Shown: positions 11,213 to 21,583 of the stretch, one piece after another
Numbering within the stretch: position 1 is the first letter of the stretch
Layout: every line of letters begins with the position of its first letter
Origin: Cyanophora paradoxa CCMP329
Taxonomy: Eukaryota; Plantae; Glaucophyta
Length of the DNA: 64,000 bases
Assembly (NCBI GenBank): GCA_004431415.1
Contig: QPMI01000508.1
Location: forward strand, 62,001-126,000
Reading direction: 5' to 3'
Made by a program: the position numbers and the translations under genes
The notes under the pieces: model-generated
What the model was told of the DNA's origin: nothing
Databases searched by the model: none
What the model saw: only the letters and a program-made list of their open reading frames with translations

Positions 11213-13067
11213 CTAGGGCGGGGCGGGGGCGGGGGCGGGGCGCGGGGGCGGGCGGGGGTCGAGGGCGTCGAGGGCGGTGAAGAGGTCGACGAGGACGACG
11301 TTCTCGAAGAGGAAGCCCTCGGGGTCCGTCAGCCGCACCCGCCCGCCCTCCACCCGCGTCCACCCGCGCCCCTCGTAGGCCCCCGCCCCTCCGCCACCGC
11401 CTCCGCCGCCTCCCGCCCGAACTCCGCCTCCAGCGCCTCTGCCGGCCCCGCTCGCCGCTCGCCGCTGGCGTGGGCGGGCGCGGGGGCGGGGCCGGGGGCG
11501 GCACCGAGGGAGAGGCCCTCGGCGAGGCGGAGGCCGAGCATGACGGCGTCCGTGAGGCGCTCGCGGGGGCGAGCGGGGCGGCGTCGGCGGGGAGGCGCCC
11601 CCCGCCGGCCGCGTACGCGGCGGCCCAGAGGAGGTACTCGTCCATCGCGGCCGGCCGCGTGTAGCGCACGCCCCGGGCGTAGCTCGCGGCGCCGAGGCCG
11701 AAGCCCCAGTAGGGCCGGTTCTCCCAGTAGACGCGGTTGTGCAGGCTCTGGAAGCCCGGCCGCGCGTAGTTCGACACCTCGTAGTGCTCGAAGCCCTCCT
11801 CCCGCAGCACCCGGCTCGCCTCCCTGCGCCCCGCGCCACGTCGCGCGCCCGCCGGCGGGCGGGCGGGCGGGGCGGGCGGGGCGGGCGGGGCGGACCGGTA
11901 CATGTCGGCGGCGGCCTCCTCCGGGGGCAGGTGGAGGCGGCCGGCCTCGCGGCGCCGCGCGAAGTTCGTCCCCCCCTCCAGCGTCAGGTCGTACGTGGAG
12001 ACGTGCGTGCAGCCGCTGGCGACGGCGGCGCGCAGCGAGGCGCGCCACGCCTCCGCCGTCTGCCCGGGGAGGCCCGAGATGAGGTCCACGCTGAAGTTGC
12101 GCACGCCGGTCCGCTCCATCGCCGCCAGCGCCGCGTCGCCCTCCTCCGCCGTGTGCGCCCGCCCGCACGCCTGCCGCCCCGTCGCCTCGCCTCGCCTCGC
12201 GGGGCGGGGCGGGGCGGGGCGGGCGGGGCGGGGGGCGCGGGGCGTGCCCGGAGGAGGTCGGGGTCGAAGCTCTGGATGCCGAGGCTGACGCGGGAGACGC
12301 CGAGGGAGACGAAGTCGCGCAGCTTCGCCTCGTCGAAGGTCCCGGGGTCCATCTCCACCGACACCTCCGCCCCGCCCTCCACCCCGAACCGCCCCTCCAG
12401 CGCTGCCCCCGCACCGCCCCTCGCCTCCCACACCACCGCGCGGAGGGGGCGGCTCACCGCGCAGCACGCGCTCCAGCTCGCCCGCCGTAAGGAGCGACGG
12501 GGTGCCCCCGCCGAAGAAGACCGTGCGCAGCCGCCTCGCTGGCGCGCCGCTCTTGCGCTCCGTCGTCTCGATCTCCCTGCAGAGGGCCTGCGCCAGCGGT
12601 GCGTCGGCGCGGCCGTGTCCCGAGCCCGGCCCGCAGGCGTTCGCGCACGTCCAAGTACTGTTCCCGCATGCTCTGCGCCCGCTGGCTCCTGCCGGCGCCG
12701 ATCACCGCGATCGGGAAGTCTGGAGCGGCGCCGACATAGAGTGTGAGCGCTGCGGCCGCTCCCCTGGCGAGGTGCGCTAGCTATAGGACTGACCGCAGTA
12801 GAAGCAACGACGCCTGCAGAACGGGATGTGGACGTACGCGGCGTCCGGCTCATCGTCCGGCCCCCTAGCGGTAGCGTGAAAGACTTGCTGCCGACCAGGC
12901 GCCTCCGCGTGCGAGCACCGGGCCGCGAAGTGCTGCCCGTGTTGCGGCGAGCGCCGTGAGCGGGGTAGCCCGGTGCTCCAGCTGGACAGGAACTGGCGCT
13001 GCAGGCGCTGCGTGCGCAACCCCGGCGGCCTGCCGGCGAGGGCCAGCGAGAAGAGGAGGCAGCGCAT
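11213..13067 (-). CDS. hemW: Radical SAM heme chaperone HemW (HemN-like/RSAD1) with organelle presequence
   Basis: AYVHIPFCRRRCFYC|DFP (CxxxCxxC), TVFFGGGTPS, EMDPGTFD, RVSLGIQSF, DLISGLPGQT, EHYEVSNYA, HNRVYW, LTDPEGFLF. Two apparent 1-nt indels in C/G runs near 11390 and 11565. Confidence 0.92.
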
Positions 13068-13150
13068 GTTCTGGCGCGGTACCCCCCATACATAGGTCCC
13101 TCGTTCGAATTCCCGCGCGCTCTAGATCTCAAGCAGAAAGCCCCAGCGCG

Positions 13151-14804
13151 ATGTCAGCGAATAGGAACAGAGCGCCTCTGGCGCCTGTCAACCGGTGCTC
13201 GCCAATTCCATCGCCCGCGCGGAATTCGCCCTATCCCTGCAAGAACGCGTCGAACTCCAAGGGCCGCGACCGCGAATGGCTCCCCGTCAAGACGGACTTC
13301 GTGCGTGCTCTAAGAAAGCGTTTTCGCGCCCTAGATGCGCCAGCTCGCGCGCTCCCCTGGCCGTCGCGAATTTCGCGCCGCGCGGGATCAAATTCACTTT
13401 TCGGGGCGCTGCCGCGTTTTCGTGCACGTTTCGGCTCGGGAATGATCTTTCCCTTACTCACCGCAGGTCATTCGCTGCACCTTCGAGGACGAGACGACGC
13501 GCGTGATGTCGCCTGTCCAGAAAGCCCGGTGAGCTCTTTTTCGCGCGACCGCGCGCCCTGCCGCTTTGAATTTTAATCGATTCCGATCCTAAGCCTGGCT
13601 GGAAGCCTTCGACGCTCACGCCTGCGCGCGCAGCTCCAAGCAGGCGAAGCGCAACATGTTCAAGACTGAGGTAAGCCGCACGCCGCGAGATTGCGCGCTA
13701 TTTGAATTTCAATTTTGACGCTGGCTGCAAAATCGCGCATGCTACGCTGCCCAGTTCTGCCGGTGCGCGAAAGCGCCTTCGCGCAACGCGCTCTCGAAGT
13801 CTGAAATTCGATCGCCGGACTCGCAGCTCGTACTACGACGGTAGCGAATGCCCTTACGGTGCGCTCGCCCGGCCATCCTCGCCTGGCCTCTGGCATTATT
13901 ATCAACTAAAAAGAGATGCTGCGCGCTCAGGGGAGCGGTGCCAGTTCGCGCATTCGAAAGAGGAGGTGTTTTTATTCACGGATTGCGATCGCCGCAACTG
14001 ATCGCGATTCCTGCGGCACCGTCGACGTCAACTGACCTTGAATTTTCATGCAGTTGCGCGAGATCGTTCGCCACCCTCGGTGCATTGCAATTGCGCATGC
14101 AGCACTAGATTTCAGGCCCAGGGTTCACGCTTCCAGCGCGGACGCTGATGGGCATCGATATCACTTTCCTGATCAGGTACAAGACGGAGCCATGCGTCCA
14201 GTTTCTGACGGTGCGAAAACAATTTCGCATTAAATTTTAATTACGTTTTGCGGAGCACTGGCCACTTTAAATCTCGCCTGACGCGCCCTTGATCGATGAT
14301 CTGCGCTCTATCGTCACGTTAAAATTTTTCAGCTCGGATACTGCCAGGTCCGCGCTGCGCATGCTTGCCTGCAGCTGATTTCGCGGCTAGCGCTGATCTC
14401 GCAATCGGCGTCGCAGTTTGGGCACCGATGCCTCTTCCTGCACTCGACGGGTGTCGAGGAAAAATCGTCTCTCGGAGGCAAGCGCGGCAGAAGGTGCGTA
14501 CCTCGCTATACTTAATTTGAACCATTCCATTCGCCGCCGCCAGTCGGGTGCTCACCGCGAGGGCGGCGCGGGGCCGGCCAGGCTGCCGGTGTTCGAGGAG
14601 CTGACCTCGAGCTCGGGCTCCGAGGGGCACGGCCTCGAGAGCGAGCACGAGCGCGCGTACGACCACGACGAGGAGCTCGAGCACTTCGTCCCCTCCAGCC
14701 CCTGCCCCTCCTCCCCGTGCCCCGACTTCGGCTTCGGCGCCCCGTCCCCCTGCTTCGAGTTCTATGCCGGCCACGCCGCCCGCCCCGACCACTTCCAGCT
14801 CTAG
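13151..14804 (+). CDS. Tristetraprolin/TIS11 (ZFP36)-family tandem CCCH zinc-finger mRNA-decay protein
   Basis: Exons 13634-13670, 13755-13762, 13827-13858, 13931-13965, 14054-14079, 14177-14210, 14333-14347, 14417-14493, 14582-14804 splice in frame to FKTEFCRSYYDGSECPYGERCQFAH-SKEELREIVRHPRYKTEP-CVQFLTLGYCQFGHRCLFLH...RRLPVFEEL. Confidence 0.92.
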
Positions 14805-15330
14805 ACAGCTGCAGCGCCGCTGCAGGCTGCCAGCGGGCCAGCGCGCGCCTGCGCCATCCGCAAGGCCGAGCTCGCGAGAATTCCGGGATTCCGGTACCCG
14901 GTTCCGCAATTGCCTGTCACAGTCACTGAGTGTCTCAGAGTCGCTTTTTCTAGCTCCGATCCGATAATCCTGTAAATTCCTTTCCGGATTCTATAGCTAT
15001 TCAGCCAGCTGCAGAGCTTCAAATTCTGATGATCATGATCAGCCTGCGCTAGTAACTTTAGTAATGTAGCCTAGTTGATTTGGAAGCCGCGTCGCTTCAT
15101 GGCAAAGTTCGTCTGATGAGTGTAAAGCAGATCGATCTGCCAGCTAGCCTTAAGCTTGTAGCTTCGAGAAATGCTCAGCGCAGTCATCTCATTATCCCGT
15201 AGGCTAGTTGTCTGTATCGACTCGCTCTGTTTTGATCAGTGCTAGGCCCCATTTTGGCCGTGAAGCTCGGCAGAACCTGTAACCGTTCGTGTGTGCTGCG
15301 AATTAATTCTACGATCGCAGCGCGCCTGGG

Positions 15331-18300
15331 CTAGACGAAGAGAACGCCTGGCGGGGCGGGGGGCTGCTTGGGGCGGTTCGCGGCCTCGAAGAGTGCGCGC
15401 GCCTGCGCCTCGAGGAGCGTCCGCTTCTCCTTGTTCCAGGCCGTCCAGCCCGGCGCCCCCTCCTCCGCCTCCAGACCCGCATCGGGCGGCGGGGGCGGCG
15501 AGCCCTCGTGCCGCGCGAGGGCCGCAGCCACTGCCGCCGCCGGGCCCCGCACGATGGACGGCGCGAAGAGCTCCGCCCGCGTCTGCCGCCCCGCGTCCGC
15601 CGGCGCCAACAGACCGGCCGGGCCGGGGCGGGGCGGGGCGGGGCGGGGCGCACGCCGACGTGGCTGAGCATCGGGGCGCAGTACTCCTTGAGGTCGGGCC
15701 GCTCCGATGGGCGAGCTTCGGGGGAGGGGCGGGGGCGGGGCCCAGCCGCGGGCCTCCCCGAGCGGCTGGCGGGGTTGGCGCGGGCCGGCGGGCGGAGGAG
15801 GAGGCGGTTGATGGCACGGGCGCGGCGCTCGAGCTCGTCGCTCGTCGGCGGCCTTCGCATCGGCGACGCGTTCCCCGCCAGCCGCGGGTCCCGCGGCGGC
15901 GACCCCGCCCCGCCCCTCCCCTGCCGCCCCGCCCCGCCCCCGCCGGCGTCGCCGGCGCCGGCGACGGCACAGCGAAGCTGCGGCGAAGTCAGGCGGGAGG
16001 TGGAGGGGCGGGCGGGGGCGGGGCGGGCCGTGGGAGCGGAGGTAGGGGAGTGGGAGGCGGGGATGGCGCGGGAGGGCGGAAAGTGCGGCAGCTGCGGCTG
16101 CCCGACGCGGTGCGGCAGCGTCGCGCTCGGCGCGCTCCCGCTCCGCGCCAGCGATCCCGCGCCGCTGGAGCGCAGCGAGGCGGCCGATGCGCGCCCCGAG
16201 GCCCCCGCCGGCCCGCCCCCGCCGCCATGAAGTGCAGCCGCGCCAGCGAGGGCCCCCGGGGCCCCGCCGCGCCCACCGGCCGTCGCTGGGCGCGGGGGCC
16301 CGAGGCGGGGCCCAGGGCGGTGCCGCCCACGGTGAGGTCCGGGGCGGTGGAGGCGCGCGGGCCGAGGGCGGCGGCGAGGGCCCGGGCGACCTGCGCGCGG
16401 GGGCGCGTGAGCGGGGCTCGCCGGGGCGGGGGCCGGGGCGGGGGCGGGGGCGCGCACCCCGGGCGGAAGTCGTCGGGGAGGCCGAGGGCGGCGAGGAGGG
16501 CGTGGGGGATGGGCGTCGGGGAGGCGGCGTCGGGCGGGTCATCGTCCCGCCAGCGCCCGTCGATGCTGACGCGCAGCGCCCGCGGCACGTGCCGCGGCAG
16601 CGCCGCCGGCATCGACGGCATCCGCTCCCCGCCGCCGAGGGGCCCGCAGGCGCGGGGCCCGAGCCGCGCCGCCGCGACCCCGCCGACGACGAGGCGCCCC
16701 GGGGCTCCGCGGGCCCCCGCGCGACCCCGGCCCCAGGCCCGCCGCCGCGGTCAGCGCCGGCACCTGCACCCGCGGGGGCGTCGGCGGCAGCCCGCGCCCG
16801 CCGCCGCCGCCGCCGCGCTCGAAGGCCGCGACGCGAGCTTCGAGCTGCCGGCGCGGGAGAGCGGGGCCGCCCCGGCGGCGGCCTCCGGGAAGTGCGTGGG
16901 AGAGGGGCGGCGGCCTCGCAGGCGGCCGCCTCTGTCGCCGCGCGCGACCGCTCCTCCGCCGCCCGCGCCTCCAGCGCCCGCCGCAGCGCCTCCTGCCGGC
17001 CCGCCTCAGCGCAGGCGGGGCGAGGGGGGCGGGGGGAGGAGGGGGGGGGGGGGGGGGGGGGGGGGCGGGGCGGGCGCACGGAGCGGAGGAGCGGGGCGGC
17101 GGCGAGGGCGTACCGCAGCAGCCGCGCGTGCTGCCGGGGAGGTACCCCTCCCGCAGCGCCCGCCGCACCTGCCGCCCCCGCGGCGCTCAGCAGCGCCGGG
17201 GGCCGCGGGGCCGGCGGGGAGGCACATCGACGGGGCGGGCGCGGACGGTGTCGGGGGCGGCGGCGGGGCGGCCTCCGCCTCGGCCTCCTCCCCGCCGGCG
17301 CCTCCGGATCCGCCGACTGCGGCCGCCGCGTCGGGTGCGGGGAGGGGAGGAGGGCGGGAGGGGCACCTGGAGGGCGGCGATGACGGAGCGGGCGGCGCTG
17401 CCGGCGCGGCGGCGCTCCTCGTCGAGCGCGCGGAGGGCGGCCGCGAGGCCAGCCCCGCCCGCCAGCAGGCCCGCTGCCGCCCGTCGGCCCTTGCGGGGCG
17501 GCGGGGCGGCGGTGCGGCGGGGCGGGGGCACCGGCGAAGCAGGCGGCGGCGTCCAGAAAGGTGTCGACCTCCCGCGCCTCCAGCGGGCCCGGCCCCGCCC
17601 CCTGCCGCCCCTCGCGCCCCGCGGCGGCGGCGGGCGGGAGGGCGGGGCGGGGCACCAGCCGGGGGGCAGGCGGCCGACGCCGCAGCGCTCGCGGGCGAAG
17701 GTGAGGGCCTCGGCGGCGCCCCGCACGAGCCGCTCCGCCGCCGCCGCGTCCCGCTCGGGGGCGGGCCCTCCCCGCGGCCCCCTTCCAGCCCGCGTGGCCC
17801 ACCGCTGCGCCCCGCCTCAGCGACGCGCAGCAGGCCCGGGGGCGGGCGGGGCGCGGCGGGGCGCACGACGCTGCTGGGCTCGGCATCCCCGTCGGGCGCC
17901 GCAGCCGGGTGCGCCCCCGAGCCCTGCCGCTCCTCGCCCGACGACGAGCTCGATGCGCCGCCGTCTTCTTCCGCGCCCGCTGCCCCGTCGAGGCTCCGCT
18001 CAGCGCCCCCGCGGCGGAGGCCTGCAAGCCCCGCGCACCGGGCTCAGCCTCCGTGGCCGGCCTGCGCCCCAGGCCCAGCGGGACAGTCGCTCCCGGACGG
18101 ACGCCTGGGGCGGGGGCTCAGGGATCGGGCTCAGAGGCGAGAGCGCAGGCGTCCCGCACCGTCCAGCTTCCTCCACGCCGCCGCGCCGGTCCTCTCGTCG
18201 CGCACGGTGACGGCGGCGAGCAGGCCGCGCAGGAAGCGCTCTTGCCTGGCCACAGCGGTCAGCCGCGCGGCGCGTCGGCAGGAGCAAAGCACGGAAACCT

Positions 18301-18684
18301 TCTGCTTGACGACGGGTCGCACCAGACCGCAGCTGCAGCGCGCGGGGGTCGGAGGTTGCAGATGAGCGCTTCGGTGGCGTTACCTGTGTCTCGCAGCGCC
18401 GACGCGAAGCGATCGATCTCTACATGCGTTCCCTCGCCCCTCAGCGCGTCCCAAAGCTCTGCAGCAGGTGCCCTCAGCGAGACAGCTCGCGTGGCAAGCT
18501 GCAGCGGCCCACCAGATGCAGCGCGGCGAGCAGCGGCCTCGTCAAATGCTGTACGCGTGACAAGCGCCTTGTGCACCCCCGTCCAGGCTTGCAGGAAGCT
18601 TTGCTCGGCCACGCCTGATTGGGACTCGCCCGGCTCGCCCTCGCCGGGCGGCGGCGGGCCCACCAGCGCCAGCCAGGCCTGCAT
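15331..18684 (-). CDS. Large Ala/Pro-rich hypothetical protein (multi-exon; start uncertain)
   Basis: Coding-like minus-strand exons (QSFLQAWTGVHKALV; LEAREVDTFLDAAACF; LRVSIDGRWRDDD; DLKEYCAPMLSHVG; GWTAWNKEKRTLLEAQARALFE) separated by CCCCG-type introns. Confidence 0.45.
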
Positions 18685-18964
18685 TCTGCGCCCACTAAGC
18701 CTAACCGCGCGGGTCCCCGGCTGCAGCTAGGCGCTCGGTGGTGTACCCCTGCCGGCGGCTTGGCTTGCGTCATCGGGCGAGCGCGCTCGCGTAGATATCG
18801 AAGTGCAGGACAGGTTAGCGGCTGGGTTCGAGCAGCGCGCCGCGCGAGGCCTCCGAGCTCGGCGGGGCAACTCTTGGGGCGGCAGCTGGCGCGGCCCTTC
18901 CGCGGCGGTGGCGTCGACCAGCGGAGAAGGTCGTTGAGGCAGAGCGTGGCCCTTGCAGATCGCA

Positions 18965-20907
18965 ATGCGGCCCCTCGAGTGCGCCCTTCTCGTGCTGAGC
19001 GCCGCGGCGTCGGTCGTGGTGGCCGTCAGCCCGCCCGTCCCATTCGCGATCAAGGCGCTCGCGCTAGTAGGCCAACTTCTCCCTGGCGCGCTGCACCTTC
19101 TCTTTGAGGTGAGCGCCCCGCCAGAGCCCTCTCGCGACGGTTCGTACGCGCGCGTGACGCGTGCCAACGCGATTGCAGGGGGCGCGCTGGCAGATGTACG
19201 CCGCGTACGGGTGCGCCGCGGCGCTTCTCACACGCCTCTTCGTCGCCTCGCTGAGTCACCGCATCGGCAGTGCGGGCGCGCTCAACACGGGGGCGCTCGC
19301 GGCGACGGTCCGGGGCGCGGTTGAGCTGCCGCTCGCGGCGCGCGTCGCCCTTCCCGCGGCGGCGCTGCTGCTGCTGGCGGCGTCGACGGCGCTGGCGGCG
19401 CTGCTGCCCGTGCTGGGCCCCGGGATGTACCCGGCGCTGGGCCCGTACCGCGTGGGCGCGCGCTACGTGCACTCGGCGGCGGCGTACAAGGACGACCGCC
19501 TCGGGCGCGAGCTCTCCGGCCTGCTCTTCTACCCCTCCGCCCCCGCCGCCGGCTCCGGCTCCGAGTCCGCCGTCCTCGTCCCCGAGGGCACCTTCATCTC
19601 CGACGCCGGTACCCCCCCCACCCTCTCGCGGGACGGGGCGGGCTGAGCCGGGGGCAGTGGCGCGGTTCGCGAAGATGCCGGCGTTCATCTTCAGCCACAT
19701 GCGCCTCTTCCGCATGCCGGCGGCGATGGACGCGCCCCTCCTCCAGGCGCACCCCCCGCGTCCGCCCCCGCCCCGCCCCGCCCCGCCCCGCCCTGCCCCG
19801 GGCCCCGCGAGGGCTGGGCCGACCTGGCGGCAGCGGACGGGCGGCTGCCGGTGGTGCTGCTGCTGCACGGGCTCGGGGGCTTCCGCGGCGTCTACTCGGC
19901 CCTCGCCCTCGGCCTCGCCTCCCGCGGCTTCCTCGTCCTCGCCCTCGACCACACGTCCGCCCGCCCGCCCCGCCCGCCCCGCCCGCCCCGCCCCGCCGAC
20001 GCGCGGGGCCGGCAGGGACGGGAGCGCGGCGGCGGTGCGGTACCCGTCGGGGCGGGTGCGGGCGTACGAGGTGCCGGCGGAGCCGCAGGAGTCGCACGAG
20101 GAGATCTGGCACCGCTTCCGCGGCCGCCAGCTGCAGGAGCGCGTCGAGGACGTGCGCGCCGCCTGGCATTACCTCGAGGCCCTCGACAGCGACGCCGGGC
20201 CCCTCCCGTCCGCCCGCCCCCCGCCCCGCCCTGCCCGCCCCGCGCGCCGGGGTTTGACGGGGGCGGGGCAGGGACTTCCGGGGGCGGCTGGACCTGCAGC
20301 GGACGGCGCTGGTGGGCCACAGCTTCGGGGCGTGCACGGCGCTGGCGGCGTGCCACGCGCTGCACCCGACGTTCAGCGCCGGCGTGGGGCTCGACGTCTG
20401 GATGTACCCCGCCTGGGGCAACGAGCCGCTGCTCCTGCGCGACGGGCCCCTCGTCCCCTTCGCCTTCGTCGACTCCGAGAAGTGCCTCGCCCGCCCCGCC
20501 CGCTGCCCGCCGGCGCGGGCTGAGGCGGGCGGGGGGCGGAGGTGGGTGTACGAGCCGAACGAGGCCCGCACGCAGGAGATCTTCGAGCGCAGCCCCACGG
20601 GCTCCCTCCGCGCCACCCTCCGAGGCCCGCCCCGGCCCCGGCCCCGGCCCCGGCCCCGGCCCCGGCACGGGGCGCGACGGGGGCGCAGGGGCGGGCCACC
20701 AGTCCTTCTCCGACTTCGGCCTCTTCGCCGGCTTCGTCCTCCGCCGCATGCGTCCGCCCGCCCGCGCCCCGCGCCCGCCCCCGCGGCCTCCCCCGAAGCG
20801 GGGCGGGCGGGGCGCAGGGCAGGTGGGCGAGGTGGACGCGCGGGGGCCCTGGCCACGACGGCCGCCTTCGCCGCCGCTTTCATCCGCCGCCACGCCCTCA
20901 AGGTCCG

Positions 20908-20946
<39 letters not shown>

Positions 20947-21062
20947 CCCCGGCCCCGGCCCGGCGGGGGCCGAGCGGGGCGCAGGAGCGGGGGGAGGAGC
21001 CGCTGCTGGACGGGCCCCCGGAGGGGCGGCCCCCCGAGCTCCTCCTCGGCCCCGTCCTCTAG
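18965..21062 (+). CDS. PAF-acetylhydrolase family alpha/beta hydrolase with N-terminal hydrophobic segments
   Basis: GPYRVG, LPVVLLLHGLGGFRGVYS, LASRGFLVLALDH|DGSA, nucleophile elbow GHSFGA, GLDVWMY, GAGHQSFSDF (Ser-Asp-His triad). Confidence 0.88.
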
Positions 21063-21583
21063 GCCCAGCGGCCCGCCCCGGCCCGCGCCCGCCCCTGGCG
21101 CCGGCCGGCGCCCGGCCTGGCGGGAGCAGCAGGGGCGAGCAGTCCGACGGTCCCAGTAGTATTTTATAGCGATTGCTAGCCGCATGCATTACATATGGTG
21201 ATTTATTGAAACTGCGCGTCGCCCGTCTCGATCCTGTCCCCTGTCGCCGGGGGCCTATCGATATCCTTCGCGCGTCCCCCGTCCGCGCGCTGTGATCATG
21301 AATCCCATCCTTCGCTCTGGACGCCCTGGCACGCGTACGGCAGCGACCCCGCGCGCTCTGTGCGAGGTTGTGCTGCGTGCGTATACGTGCAGCGGTGCCT
21401 CTAGCCCACGAGAGCTGGCGGCCGCGGATGACGCGAACCCCGCTCGGTCGCGCTCGGTCGCGAACAAATCTCACTATGCAGGGTTGAATAGAATACACGG
21501 GGCAGATGCCCACTAGGCAGCCGGGGCCCCGGGGCCCCCGGGGGCCGGGTCGCAGACTCGGGCCGAAGACGGCGGTGCTCCGC

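Noticed and set aside
11385-11570. Apparent frameshifts in HemW (also PAF-AH ~20845 and the 40.7-41.1 kb tail) as programmed frameshifting or RNA editing
   Set aside because: The HemW and PAF-AH cases are one missing base in a G/C homopolymer, typical of long-read assembly error; the tail shifts lie in similar G/C-run sequence. Needs read-level checking.
15291-18365. Very long Arg/Gly/Pro/Ala-rich ORFs in the track (1024 aa here; also 19594-22326, 38499-40958, 48135-49922)
   Set aside because: Artefacts of extreme GC content and stop-free introns. They are antisense or off-frame to recognisable spliced genes.
20906-20945. Long poly-C/poly-G runs (also ~17040-17065 and ~25325-25350) as functional elements
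   Set aside because: Extreme cases of the general C-tract pattern, and homopolymer lengths are unreliable in assemblies.
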